Assembly: GCA_028532855.1 (NCBI GenBank)
Contig: JAQQAL010000002.1
Coordinates: 5,901-69,900, forward strand
Length of the DNA stretch: 64,000 nucleotides
Direction: 5' to 3'
DNA from: Candidatus Thalassospirochaeta sargassi
GTDB taxonomy: Bacteria; Spirochaetota; Spirochaetia; UBA9216
Shown: positions 29,081-38,357 of the stretch, piece after piece
How the letters are laid out: the number at the start of each line of letters is the position of its first letter
Numbering within the stretch: position 1 is the first letter of the stretch
The notes under the pieces: generated by a model
What the model saw: the letters and a program-made list of their open reading frames with translations, nothing else
Databases searched by the model: none
What the model was told of the DNA's origin: nothing
Made by a program: the position numbers and the translations under genes

Positions 29081-31315
29081 TTGATGGATACGAAACGCTT
29101 AGTAATCCTCGGCGGAGGATATGCCGGCATAGAAGCCGCAAAAACACTGTATAAAAAATACAAAAAAAATGATAAAGTAGAGATAACTCTTATCGATAAA
29201 AACACTTACCACACCCTTATGACCGAGCTTCATGAGGTTGCAGGTTCAAGGGTCGAACCTGATTCAGTCATGGTAAGCTATCAGAGAATTTTCTCGGGAA
29301 CCAATATCAACCTTGTTACCGATGTTATCACCGGAATTGATTTTGAAACCAGAAAACTTAAATCAGATAAAGCTGAATATGATTATGATTACCTTGTTCT
29401 GGGAACCGGGGGAGCCCCCGAGTTTTTCGATATTGAAGGTGTTCAGGAAAATTCATTCTCACTCTGGTCGCTTGAGGATGCTATGCGTATCCGTGAGCAT
29501 TTTGAAGAACGCTTCAGGCTTGCCGCAAATGAACCGGATGAGTCTCTAAAAGCACAGATGCTTACTTTTGTTGTGGCAGGAGCAGGTTTCACCGGGATCG
29601 AGCTTATTGGTGAGTTTATCGAGCGCCGCGATGTGCTCTGTGCAAAATACCATATACCCGTCAAAGATGTCAGAATGGTTGTTGTAGAGGCGCTTGATTC
29701 AGTTCTCCCTATCATTGAAGAACCGCTTAGAAAAAAAGCGGTTAAATATCTGAAAAAGAAGGGTGCCGAGATAATCCTGAATGCACGAATTACCGGTGCC
29801 GCGGAAGGAAAAATCCTGCTTGCCGATGGAAGTGAAATAAAAACCGATACATTCATCTGGACCTGTGGAATTCATGGCTCCGAGTTTACCTCAAAGATTA
29901 ATCTCACTAAAGGACATACTGCCCGCGGCGAATGCAGCATTGCGTCAGCGGAGGGAATACACGGTATGTGCGGCTGCCGCTTTGATGAAGACGAGCGCTA
30001 TGTTGTTGGGAAACGCGGACGTATTCTCGTAAATGAATATATGCAGACGGACGATTATGAGAATGTATATGCAGTTGGAGACAACCTCTGGTTTGTTGAA
30101 AAAGAGAAGGTCCTCCCTCAGATAGTAGAGACCGCTCTTCAGACGGGGGAAACTGCTGCTGAAAATATTATTGCAGAAATTGAGGGTAACGATAAAAAAG
30201 CCTTCGAATCCAACTACCATGGTTTCATGGTATCAATTGGCGGTAAATACGCTGTTTCAAACGCCGGCGGAATGAAAACCTCGGGCTTTATGGCCATGGC
30301 GATGAAACACCTTGTAAACCTTCACTATCTCTTCGGAGTTGCCGGTATAAACGCGATATGGGGTTACCTTAAACACGAGTTCTTTGACATGAAAGATCGC
30401 AGAACCTTCATTGGCGGTCACCTGTCCTGGAAGATTCAGGGCTGGTGGGCTGTACCTCTGAGAGTATGGCTGGGTCTGATGTGGGTTTTTGAAGGTATCA
30501 ATAAGATAGGCGAAGGATGGTTTAACTTCTCCGCCGGCTCAAAATCCGGATGGATGTTCAGTTCCGGGGTGCTTCAGAAGGGCGTAAAACCCGCGGCAGA
30601 CGCATACAGCGCAGCCAGCGGTGCCGGTGAAACGGCTGTAGAGGCAGCAGGTCACGCAGATATGACTGCTGTATTCGACTCTGCAATGCCTAATCCGCAA
30701 CACGGTTCCGACGCTGTAAGTGCAGCTTCCGATTATGCAGCCGGTGCTGCCGAAGCGGTAGTTGAAGCAGCAGCCGATACTGTCAGCGCAGCTTCCGATT
30801 CTGCAGCCGTTGCAGTTGAGGCTGCTGCCGACGCTGTAAGTGCAGCATCCGATTATGCAGCCGATGCAGCTGGCGCTGCCGCCGACACCGCCGGACAGGT
30901 CTTCGGTAAGATATGGGATCTCGGTAATAATATAATTCCCTACGAATCAGGGTTTGTAACCTGGTTCAGAGAAACCTTTATGGATGGAATTGCGGCCTAC
31001 ATTCATTACCCTGTTTTTCAGGTGATGATAGTACTGGTTGAAATAGGGATAGGGCTTGCGCTGATGGGTGGATGTTTCACATTCATAGCAGCCGGTGTTT
31101 CAATAATTATGTGCCTTGTATTTACATTCTCGGGTATGTTTGCCTGGGATCAGGCTTGGTTTGTTTTTGCAGCTTTTCTGCTTCTAGGCGGAGCCGGACG
31201 TTCGCTGGGCCTTGATCACTGGATTATGCCGGCGATCAAACGATGGTGGAATGGAACAAAGCTTGCACGCAGAACACACTGGTTCGTTGGAGAACCTAAA
31301 ACAAGAAATAAATAA
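29081..31315 (+). CDS. Fusion protein: type-II NADH dehydrogenase-like FAD/NAD(P) oxidoreductase N-domain, an Ala/Ser/Asp-rich repeat linker, and a DoxX-family membrane domain.
   Basis: N-terminal 'LVILGGGYAGIEAAK' and a second 'VVAGAGFTGIEL' Rossmann motif. C-terminal 'LRVWLGLMWVFEGINKI' is a DoxX motif with four TM helices. Total 744 aa. Confidence 0.7.
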   Translation: MMDTKRLVILGGGYAGIEAAKTLYKKYKKNDKVEITLIDKNTYHTLMTELHEVAGSRVEPDSVMVSYQRIFSGTNINLVTDVITGIDFETRKLKSDKAEYDYDYLVLGTGGAPEFFDIEGVQENSFSLWSLEDAMRIREHFEERFRLAANEPDESLKAQMLTFVVAGAGFTGIELIGEFIERRDVLCAKYHIPVKDVRMVVVEALDSVLPIIEEPLRKKAVKYLKKKGAEIILNARITGAAEGKILLADGSEIKTDTFIWTCGIHGSEFTSKINLTKGHTARGECSIASAEGIHGMCGCRFDEDERYVVGKRGRILVNEYMQTDDYENVYAVGDNLWFVEKEKVLPQIVETALQTGETAAENIIAEIEGNDKKAFESNYHGFMVSIGGKYAVSNAGGMKTSGFMAMAMKHLVNLHYLFGVAGINAIWGYLKHEFFDMKDRRTFIGGHLSWKIQGWWAVPLRVWLGLMWVFEGINKIGEGWFNFSAGSKSGWMFSSGVLQKGVKPAADAYSAASGAGETAVEAAGHADMTAVFDSAMPNPQHGSDAVSAASDYAAGAAEAVVEAAADTVSAASDSAAVAVEAAADAVSAASDYAADAAGAAADTAGQVFGKIWDLGNNIIPYESGFVTWFRETFMDGIAAYIHYPVFQVMIVLVEIGIGLALMGGCFTFIAAGVSIIMCLVFTFSGMFAWDQAWFVFAAFLLLGGAGRSLGLDHWIMPAIKRWWNGTKLARRTHWFVGEPKTRNK
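30700..30880 (+). repeat. In-frame ~60-bp tandem repeat (3 copies) encoding 'DAVSAASDYAA...'.
   Basis: Near-identical 34-mers 'gacgctgtaagtgcagc(t/a)tccgattatgcagccg' at about 30708 and 30828, with a diverged copy at about 30775. Confidence 0.6.
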
Positions 31316-31327
31316 CAGGATAGAAAA

Positions 31328-32308
31328 TTGCCGGTAGTGAAGGAAATTGTTACTTCTACACATGATAAACAACTCAAAGAAGATCTAGCTGAAGTAAAGG
31401 ATATTCTTGGTGAAATCGCTGATACCGCCCCGGGCATAGTCAGAGAGGACATAAGGAAGCTTGTTTCCGGAAACGGTAAAATGCTTCGACCCTCGTTTAC
31501 TACCATAGCAGGACGCTACGGTAATTTTGAGGGCGAACGCATTTATAATATGGCTGCCGCAGTAGAGCTTCTTCATAATGCAACACTGATTCATGATGAT
31601 ATAATTGATGATGCTTCTATAAGACGCGGCAAGCCTGCAATCCATATGCTGCATGGTAATAAACTCGCGATACTTGCGGGCGATTATCTTTTTTCGAGGA
31701 GTATTGTAGTTGCTTCTGAAAAATCCCGAACAGCACAATACGGGCGGCTCGCAGGAGCCGTCGCTAAAATCTGTGAAGGTGAGATAATTCAGGATTCCGA
31801 AAAATATGTTCTTAATCCAAGTATACGCAGCTATAAAAGAAGAATAGCCGGAAAAACCGCAGTTCTTTTCGCTATAAGTCTATATATCGGAGCCAATGAA
31901 GCAGGCTGCTCCAGCGACGACTGCTCCACCTTCTCCCGGATTGGTTACAACGTCGGCATGGCATTTCAGATTATTGATGATTTACTCGATATTACCGGGA
32001 CTCCAGCGGTAACAGGCAAGCCCACCGGCCGTGATATTACAGAAGGGATCTACACCCTCCCCGTGCTGTATGCACTTGAAAATGATGACGGCAGACTTGG
32101 ACGACTGCTTTCTAAATACCCCTACCGCAGACATACTGTAAAAAAGATAACGAAGCTTGTCTGTGAATCTTCCGGTCCTGAAAAAGCTGCAGCTCAGGCG
32201 GAATTATACTCTGATCGTGCCATGAGAGAGATCAGTAAACTTGATGAAGGCTACACAAAATACCAGCTTTCTGTCTTGGTGAAAAATCTTCTGAAACGTA
32301 ATTATTAA
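31328..32308 (+). CDS. Trans-polyprenyl diphosphate synthase (hepta/octaprenyl; menaquinone side chain).
   Basis: 'LIHDDIIDDASIRRGKP' first DDxxD motif and 'FQIIDDLLD' second motif. TTG start at 31328, which is uncertain. Confidence 0.8.
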   Translation: MPVVKEIVTSTHDKQLKEDLAEVKDILGEIADTAPGIVREDIRKLVSGNGKMLRPSFTTIAGRYGNFEGERIYNMAAAVELLHNATLIHDDIIDDASIRRGKPAIHMLHGNKLAILAGDYLFSRSIVVASEKSRTAQYGRLAGAVAKICEGEIIQDSEKYVLNPSIRSYKRRIAGKTAVLFAISLYIGANEAGCSSDDCSTFSRIGYNVGMAFQIIDDLLDITGTPAVTGKPTGRDITEGIYTLPVLYALENDDGRLGRLLSKYPYRRHTVKKITKLVCESSGPEKAAAQAELYSDRAMREISKLDEGYTKYQLSVLVKNLLKRNY

Positions 32309-32318
32309 AACGCAGGCA

Positions 32319-32890
32319 GTGTTGTACAGAACATTTTACAGCATTATTCCACAAGAAACCTGCGTTAGCGCAGAATTGCAGCTGCCCGCTACAATACCGG
32401 TTCCGGGCGAATACGATTTACTCATTAAAATAGAAGCGATTTCAGTAAATCCGGTCGATTTTAAGATCAGACAGACTGCTGCTGAGAACACCATTCTTGA
32501 ATCCCTAAAATAACAGGCTGGGATGCAGTAGGAAAAGTCGAAGCAGTGGGAGATTTGACAAGAAGCGGAAGCAATGCTGAGTATCAGCTTGTCCCTGAAG
32601 CTGCGGCTATTCCACTTACCGGGTTATCAAACCTCAGAGACATATCGTATCCGCTGCGGGCAGCAGTGAGCCCCTCGATTTGTCTATTCTTAAAACCAAG
32701 AGTGTCAGTTTTTCATGGGAATTAATGTATACGCGCTCAATGTACACAACGGCTGATATGGAAAGGCCGCACCAGATCTTGAATAAAATAGCTGATCTAC
32801 AGGATGATGGAGCTTTAAAAATAACCTTATCCACTATTATAGCAGGCTTCTCCGTGGGAAACCTGAAAAAAGCGCACATACTGCTATAAT
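32319..32890 (+). pseudogene. Quinone oxidoreductase (Zn-ADH/MDR) remnant. Frameshifted and internally deleted.
   Basis: Three frames carry an N-terminal piece ('PGEYDLLIKIEAISVNPVDFKIR'), a middle piece ('ITGWDAVGKVEAVGD') and a C-terminal piece ('DGALKITLSTIIAGFSVGNLKKAHILL'). The Rossmann domain is missing. Confidence 0.55.
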
Positions 32891-33047
32891 CAGGAAAATC
32901 TATTGGTAAAACGGTAATTCGGTTTTGAAGAAGAATATATTAATCACCGGAAATACAGACGTGTTAGATTTGTGCTTTATTATTTAGCTCCATATATTAT
33001 GCTTATCAGTGCTGGTAAAAGTTTTCCAGTTTAACTATACTTCAATA

Positions 33048-34637
33048 ATGAAACTGAAAGAGATCTACAAAGAACATAATTATGAAACACAGCTAAAAGC
33101 ACCAGTTCTGCAAATTATGATTTGTGTTCTGGTTATCTTAACCAGTCTCACAACAATTAGTGCAGTGATTTCGAGATTATATGCAGGAGCAGCGCTTCTG
33201 GGGGTATGGGCTGCAGTTCTTATACTCTTATTTTTCTTAAATCGGAAAGGCGGCTATAGAAAAGCTGCATTAGGGGTCATTTATTCTATGGCTGTCATTC
33301 TTGTAGCCGCCCGTTTTGCTAATGGGTATGACGGAGAACATAGTTTGGCAAATACAGCTCTAACAGGAATTGTTATTATTATTGTCGCAACTCTTTTTTC
33401 TCCTAAAATAAAGCATCTATATTATATCACTGCATTTACTGGTGTATATTTTATTTCTTTTGTATCCTGGGTTTACGCAGCTGAACTTTATACTGAACAA
33501 TCGGCAGGATTTATTCAGCAGATGACTTCAGGTATAGCCATATATATTCTGGTAAGTGTGCTATCATTACTTTTAAGAATTATAATGGACAAGGTTTTGA
33601 ATGAAGCTTTTCTGAGGATGGAAGAGACAGAAATTGCCTCCAAAAAAATGGCAGAGTTGAATAGAGAAGCTTCTAAAAAGCTTCAGCTTGCACAAAGCAT
33701 GGATGACCAGGCACAGGAAACAGTTGAGGCAGTCAAGGAAATTGATTCACTGGCTTCAAATGTTAATATACAGATGAACGATTTATCGAAGCGCTATGAA
33801 TCATCTAAAGATTCACTTCAGAAAATAAATGGTCTTATGCAGACACTTGATACTATTACAGGGAAACAGTCTGCAAAGATTTCTGACACCGGAAGTGCTC
33901 TCGAAGAGATGGTAGCCTCTATTAGGAATATCAACAGTGTTATAGAGGAAAAAAGTAAATTATTTCACAATCTAAAACAATCAGCAGAAAATGGAACTAC
34001 GGAGATGGAGAATACTGTTACATCCTTTAGCCAGGTTCGGGCTCATATAGAAAGTGTAAATGAGATGGTTTCAATAATTACTGATATTGCAGACCAGACT
34101 AATCTTCTAGCAATGAATGCCGCTATTGAAGCCGCTCATGCCGGAGATTCCGGAAAAGGCTTTGCGGTTGTCTCTGATGAGGTTAGGAAATTGGCAGAAT
34201 CAAGCTCTCAGAGTGCCAAAAAAGTAGGCGAAACACTCAATCAGCTAAAGACTGCAGTAGAAGCTGCAGGCTCTAATGTCGCAGATAGCGGAAACACTTT
34301 CAGCTCTATTGGAAAAGGTGTGGATATGGTTAGTAAAACCATGGATGAAATTCAGCAAAGTATTCTTGAGCTTTCTGCCGGCAGTGATCAAATACTGACG
34401 GCTACATCTTTACTTCAGGATTTAACTGAAGAAGTTTTGGAATCTTTGAATAATGTGAGAAAAAATGAAAAAATCAGCTCAGAAAACGTCATGTCTTTGG
34501 GTGATTTTATTACATCTCTATCAAAAAATATGGCAGGAATTTCTCAGGGCAGTTCAGTTATCTATGATGCAACACGAGGTTTAAGTGAGAAATGTAATGA
34601 TATAAATGATTATGTTAAAACTTTACAGGCTCTTTAA
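33048..34637 (+). CDS. Methyl-accepting chemotaxis protein.
   Basis: Signalling domain '[32 protein letters not shown]' and N-terminal TM helices. The start could be GTG at 33009 or ATG at 33048. Confidence 0.85.
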   Translation: MKLKEIYKEHNYETQLKAPVLQIMICVLVILTSLTTISAVISRLYAGAALLGVWAAVLILLFFLNRKGGYRKAALGVIYSMAVILVAARFANGYDGEHSLANTALTGIVIIIVATLFSPKIKHLYYITAFTGVYFISFVSWVYAAELYTEQSAGFIQQMTSGIAIYILVSVLSLLLRIIMDKVLNEAFLRMEETEIASKKMAELNREASKKLQLAQSMDDQAQETVEAVKEIDSLASNVNIQMNDLSKRYESSKDSLQKINGLMQTLDTITGKQSAKISDTGSALEEMVASIRNINSVIEEKSKLFHNLKQSAENGTTEMENTVTSFSQVRAHIESVNEMVSIITDIADQTNLLAMNAAIEAAHAGDSGKGFAVVSDEVRKLAESSSQSAKKVGETLNQLKTAVEAAGSNVADSGNTFSSIGKGVDMVSKTMDEIQQSILELSAGSDQILTATSLLQDLTEEVLESLNNVRKNEKISSENVMSLGDFITSLSKNMAGISQGSSVIYDATRGLSEKCNDINDYVKTLQAL

Positions 34638-34672
34638 CGCAAATAATTGATGGGTCGTCAAATCGGCAATTA

Positions 34673-35098
34673 TCAGCTGTCAAATTCCCAGATGAACTCC
34701 AAATCCGCAAAGCTGCCTTTTCCGCCGTCTTTCGTTACGTCATGCAGTCCTGTTATTCTCTCTCCATCCTGAGATATCTTGATGTCGTAAAGAGTACCTT
34801 CGCGGTCAATTGCAGGCTCTCTCCAGGACCCTTCCCAGCTGCCGTCTTTATACCGCAACTCGATAGTTCCTTTTCCGCTTGCCCAGGTGTCGGTGTAGGT
34901 TCCTGTATAACAATTACCGCTTTTGGCCAGTTCCACAATGCCCCAGCCGTACCCGCTGTAGCTTCCGGTTTTAGGTTGTAGAACCTGTACTGTATCAACA
35001 TTTTTTTCCACAGCTCCCTGTGTACCGGCGCACCCTGCAAGAAGAGCAATGATAATTCCTGCTAGTAACAGGCTTCGAACAAAGGTGTTTTTTATCAT
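34673..35098 (-). CDS. Hypothetical lipoprotein.
   Basis: Lipobox 'LLAGCAG' after a signal peptide. GGAGG RBS upstream. Confidence 0.5.
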   Translation of the reverse strand: MIKNTFVRSLLLAGIIIALLAGCAGTQGAVEKNVDTVQVLQPKTGSYSGYGWGIVELAKSGNCYTGTYTDTWASGKGTIELRYKDGSWEGSWREPAIDREGTLYDIKISQDGERITGLHDVTKDGGKGSFADLEFIWEFDS

Positions 35099-35296
35099 GG
35101 TTACATACCTCCATTAATATACCTATCATAGTAGCATGAAAATACAGGTTTACAATGAAGAAATCTTTATTATACGAATCCCGGTTTTCGTGAGGAAGAA
35201 TAATGATAACGGGGGATTATCCTGATTTTAGGGGAGAAAACAGCCATAATAGCTGGAAATCCTAATCGCAGGGAATATAGCTTTTCCTATCAATCA

Positions 35297-35659
35297 TTAT
35301 TGCTTTTCAGGCAGGTGATCCAAGGGAACATTTATATTTCTTTTAAGAGCGTAGTCGGTACTCCAACGGCAGAGTTGTTCAATAATGGGTTTTAGAATTT
35401 CTCCTTCTTCTGTCAGCGAATATTCTACTCTTGGAGGTACATCGGGGTATATCCGCCTGCTGAGAATCCCGTGATCCTCCAACTCCCTGAGTTGAGCGGA
35501 TAGCACCTTTTGACTGATATCGGGGAGGTTCTTCTGAAGAGAGGAGAATCTATTGTTTCCAATAGTTATGTGGTAGAGTACCCGCTGTTTCCATTTTCCA
35601 CCAATCAGGGCATTACTCAGCATCAATGAGCATTCATATTCGGATTTAAGATTTGCCAT
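35297..35659 (-). CDS. HxlR-family (DUF24) winged-helix transcriptional regulator.
   Basis: 'CSLMLSNALIGGKWKQRVLYHI...' wHTH pattern typical of HxlR/YodB. 120 aa. Confidence 0.8.
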   Translation of the reverse strand: MANLKSEYECSLMLSNALIGGKWKQRVLYHITIGNNRFSSLQKNLPDISQKVLSAQLRELEDHGILSRRIYPDVPPRVEYSLTEEGEILKPIIEQLCRWSTDYALKRNINVPLDHLPEKQ

Positions 35660-35870
35660 TTAATCTCCTTTATAACTCACCTTTTAGTAAGTTACTGATA
35701 AAAAAGTGCGTTATTGCCAGATAGTAAAAGATAAAATAATATCCATCATAGTTGCCGGTAAACTGTCCGTAGTTTTGGAGGGATTCCATTTCTTTTGAGA
35801 TTATACCTTCTTATGGAAATGGATTATCAGTAACGTCAATATCATATTATTTATCAAGGAGTATTTCAAG

Positions 35871-36563
35871 ATGAAGATTCAAATGAGAAGATTTCTGATC
35901 CTGACGGTTGTTGTATCCGTTTCTATAGGATTTGCAGGATGCGCGCCCCGTACAGCAGATAAGGTCTCCGAGGCTGCCGGAAGCGATACCACCAGTGCTG
36001 CTTCAGCGAAAAATGACTACTCAGCCTATGAGGGAGTGTCCGAATTTGCAGAGATGAACGGCATTTTCGGAAGATTGACAGCCCGACAGTTTTCTAATGA
36101 ATCGGTATCCGAAGAGCAGATCGATATGCTGCTGAATGCCGCCTTTGCTTCCCCCACGGGTGGAAACCAGAGATCCTGCGAGCTCATGGTAGTTACTGAC
36201 AGAAGTATGATGAAGAAGATGCAGGAGGGGCATCCTTATTCCCAGCCGCTGGACACGGCTCCGCTGGTTATTGTGATTGGAGTAAATGAAGAGACTGCGA
36301 AGTATCCTGAAATCCTGACTCTGGATGCAGGTATTGCCGCCATGGCCATTATGGTTCAGGCCGCTGAAATGGGTCTGGTTTCGGTTCCAATGAGCATCAT
36401 GCCCCAGGCTGAGCGTATCCAGGGAATCGCAAATGCGATCGGTCATCCTGGAAATGTAGCCGGCCAGATAATGGTTGCCGTAGGGCACAGCGCCGTGGAC
36501 GGTGATACCCATGCAAGCACCGATTACTTTAATGAGGAACAGGTGCATGTAAACGGCTGGTGA
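35871..36563 (+). CDS. Nitroreductase-family flavoprotein with an N-terminal lipoprotein signal.
   Basis: 'ILTVVVSVSIGFAGCAP' lipobox, then a nitroreductase core 'AAFASPTGGNQRSCELMVV'. Confidence 0.7.
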   Translation: MKIQMRRFLILTVVVSVSIGFAGCAPRTADKVSEAAGSDTTSAASAKNDYSAYEGVSEFAEMNGIFGRLTARQFSNESVSEEQIDMLLNAAFASPTGGNQRSCELMVVTDRSMMKKMQEGHPYSQPLDTAPLVIVIGVNEETAKYPEILTLDAGIAAMAIMVQAAEMGLVSVPMSIMPQAERIQGIANAIGHPGNVAGQIMVAVGHSAVDGDTHASTDYFNEEQVHVNGW

Positions 36564-36853
36564 GAACTCTTAAAAAGCAGATCTCAGCTTCAGTTTCCTT
36601 CGGGAGACTGAAGCTGTGGGATAGACAAATACACAGGAGTGAGATTCCGGATATCATCAATAATAGAAGAAGCATTAGAAAATATTCGGAGAAGCCCCTC
36701 TGTAATGATCTTATTCTGAAGCTGACAAAAGCAGCAATGCAGGCCCCTTCAGCCGGCAACCAGCAGCAGGATATGTCTGCAGCAGCAGCGAAATTTCTTC
36801 TGGAAGCAGTTCGGTTGAGTGTTTCTCCAGTGAAAGAGCTGAAAGTTTTATGA
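36560..36853 (+). CDS. Nitroreductase-like N-terminal fragment, possibly truncated.
   Basis: 'NNRRSIRKYSEKPL...AAMQAPSAGNQQQ' matches the nitroreductase N-terminus, but the ORF ends after 97 aa without the rest of the fold. Confidence 0.35.
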   Translation: MRTLKKQISASVSFGRLKLWDRQIHRSEIPDIINNRRSIRKYSEKPLCNDLILKLTKAAMQAPSAGNQQQDMSAAAAKFLLEAVRLSVSPVKELKVL

Positions 36854-36923
36854 TTGATCGTTTAGAACTCAGTGACAATCTGATCCTCTTTTTTCCGGTT
36901 GAGAGCATGGACCGGAATATCTG

Positions 36924-37220
36924 CTAAATTTCATAAATATCCATATCAACAGATCCGTTAGAATCGAATTCAATCCCTTCTGATTCAAGCAGGCCTCGCT
37001 GAATAATTGCATGTTCACCCTTGAGCAAAATGGTTCCTGTGCTGCTCAGGACCCTGTGCCAGGGCAGGTTGTACTTTTTGCCGGAAGAATGCAGCAGCCT
37101 GGATACCTGTCGTGCTGCCCGAGGGTTTCCGGCTATTCCTGCTATCCTCCCGTAGGACGCAACCCTGCCTTCGGGGATTGAGGCTATTAGGTTTATAACC
37201 CTTTTTGAAAATTCGGTCAT
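36924..37220 (-). CDS. Alkyltransferase-like protein (Atl/YbaZ-type; MGMT DNA-binding domain without the Cys acceptor).
   Basis: 'IPEGRVASYGRIAGIAGNPRAARQV...LPWHRVLSSTG'. Trp replaces the PCHR cysteine of genuine O6-methylguanine methyltransferases. 98 aa. Confidence 0.7.
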   Translation of the reverse strand: MTEFSKRVINLIASIPEGRVASYGRIAGIAGNPRAARQVSRLLHSSGKKYNLPWHRVLSSTGTILLKGEHAIIQRGLLESEGIEFDSNGSVDMDIYEI

Positions 37221-37326
37221 CCCTGAAGTTTAACAGCCGGGCGCTAAAAATCAATAGAAATTATTCCGGTTTGGGCTTTTCGGCGGTTTTTCTTGCCTGA
37301 GGGTTTATCCCTTAGTAAGTTAACCT

Positions 37327-38313
37327 ATGAGTAGAAAGACAAACAGTATAATTATTCTATTTATTGCGGTTTTTACAGTTATAATACCTGCATCTTCTAT
37401 GGCGCAGGGTGAGCAGGAGGTTAATATTATGATTGATAATCAGGATAGCGATGTTCTTGAAAGACTGAATGGTCGGCTGAATACGGAAGCTTTTCAGGTA
37501 CTTGAGAATAAGGGGACTGAAAGGGCTTTTACCGGTGAGTACTGGGACAGCAAGGCTGCCGGAACCTATGTCTGCGGGCGTTGCGGTGAACCCCTTTATC
37601 ACTCTGAGGATAAATTTGATTCCGGCTGCGGATGGCCTAGTTTCGACGATGAAATAGACGGAGCCGTTCGCAGGGAAACAGATGCCGACGGCAGCAGAAC
37701 AGAAATACTCTGTAATACCTGCGGCGGTCATCTCGGGCATGTGTTTGAAGGTGAGGGATTTACCGAAAAAGATACACGTCACTGTGTAAACTCTCTTTCA
37801 ATGAGGTTTATTCCTGAATCAGGAGAAACCGGACGGGCTGTTTTTGCCGGTGGTTGTTTCTGGGGTGTAGAGTATCTGTTTAATAATGTCGATGGGGTTA
37901 AAGGTACAACCGTCGGGTATACCGGCGGCAGCACGTCTTTTCCTGACTATAAAGAAGTCTGTTATGAGAATACGGGGCATATAGAGGCAATGGAAGTAAT
38001 CTATAATCCTGAAATTGTCAGTTATCGTGAACTCACAAAGCTATTTTTCGAAATCCATGATCCAACGCAGGCAAACGGGCAGGGGCCGGACATCGGAGAG
38101 CAGTATTTGTCGGTTATTTTTTATGAGAATGGAGATCAAAAGAAGATTTCAGAAGATCTTATTAACATTCTTAAGAATGACGGTCTTGATGTTGTTACAA
38201 GTCTTCGTCCGGCTGAAGCATTCTGGCCGGCGGAGGATTATCATCAGGACTATTACATAAAAAACGGTAAAGCTCCTTATTGTCATTCCTACATAAAGCG
38301 CTTTGATGACTGA
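37327..38313 (+). CDS. msrAB: Secreted bifunctional methionine sulfoxide reductase MsrB-MsrA.
   Basis: Signal peptide, then the MsrB motif 'CGRCGEPLYHSEDKFDSGCGWPSF' and the MsrA motif 'GGCFWGVEYLF'. Confidence 0.85.
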   Translation: MSRKTNSIIILFIAVFTVIIPASSMAQGEQEVNIMIDNQDSDVLERLNGRLNTEAFQVLENKGTERAFTGEYWDSKAAGTYVCGRCGEPLYHSEDKFDSGCGWPSFDDEIDGAVRRETDADGSRTEILCNTCGGHLGHVFEGEGFTEKDTRHCVNSLSMRFIPESGETGRAVFAGGCFWGVEYLFNNVDGVKGTTVGYTGGSTSFPDYKEVCYENTGHIEAMEVIYNPEIVSYRELTKLFFEIHDPTQANGQGPDIGEQYLSVIFYENGDQKKISEDLINILKNDGLDVVTSLRPAEAFWPAEDYHQDYYIKNGKAPYCHSYIKRFDD

Positions 38314-38357
38314 AAATACTGATTGAACTGCAGCTGCATTTATAATATGATCCTTCC

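Noticed and set aside
30700-30880. Repeat-spacer-like periodicity, checked as a possible CRISPR array
   Set aside because: The repeats are about 60 bp, in-frame and coding (Ala/Ser/Asp-rich linker) within a long ORF. No cas genes or leader are present. They are tandem coding repeats, not CRISPR.
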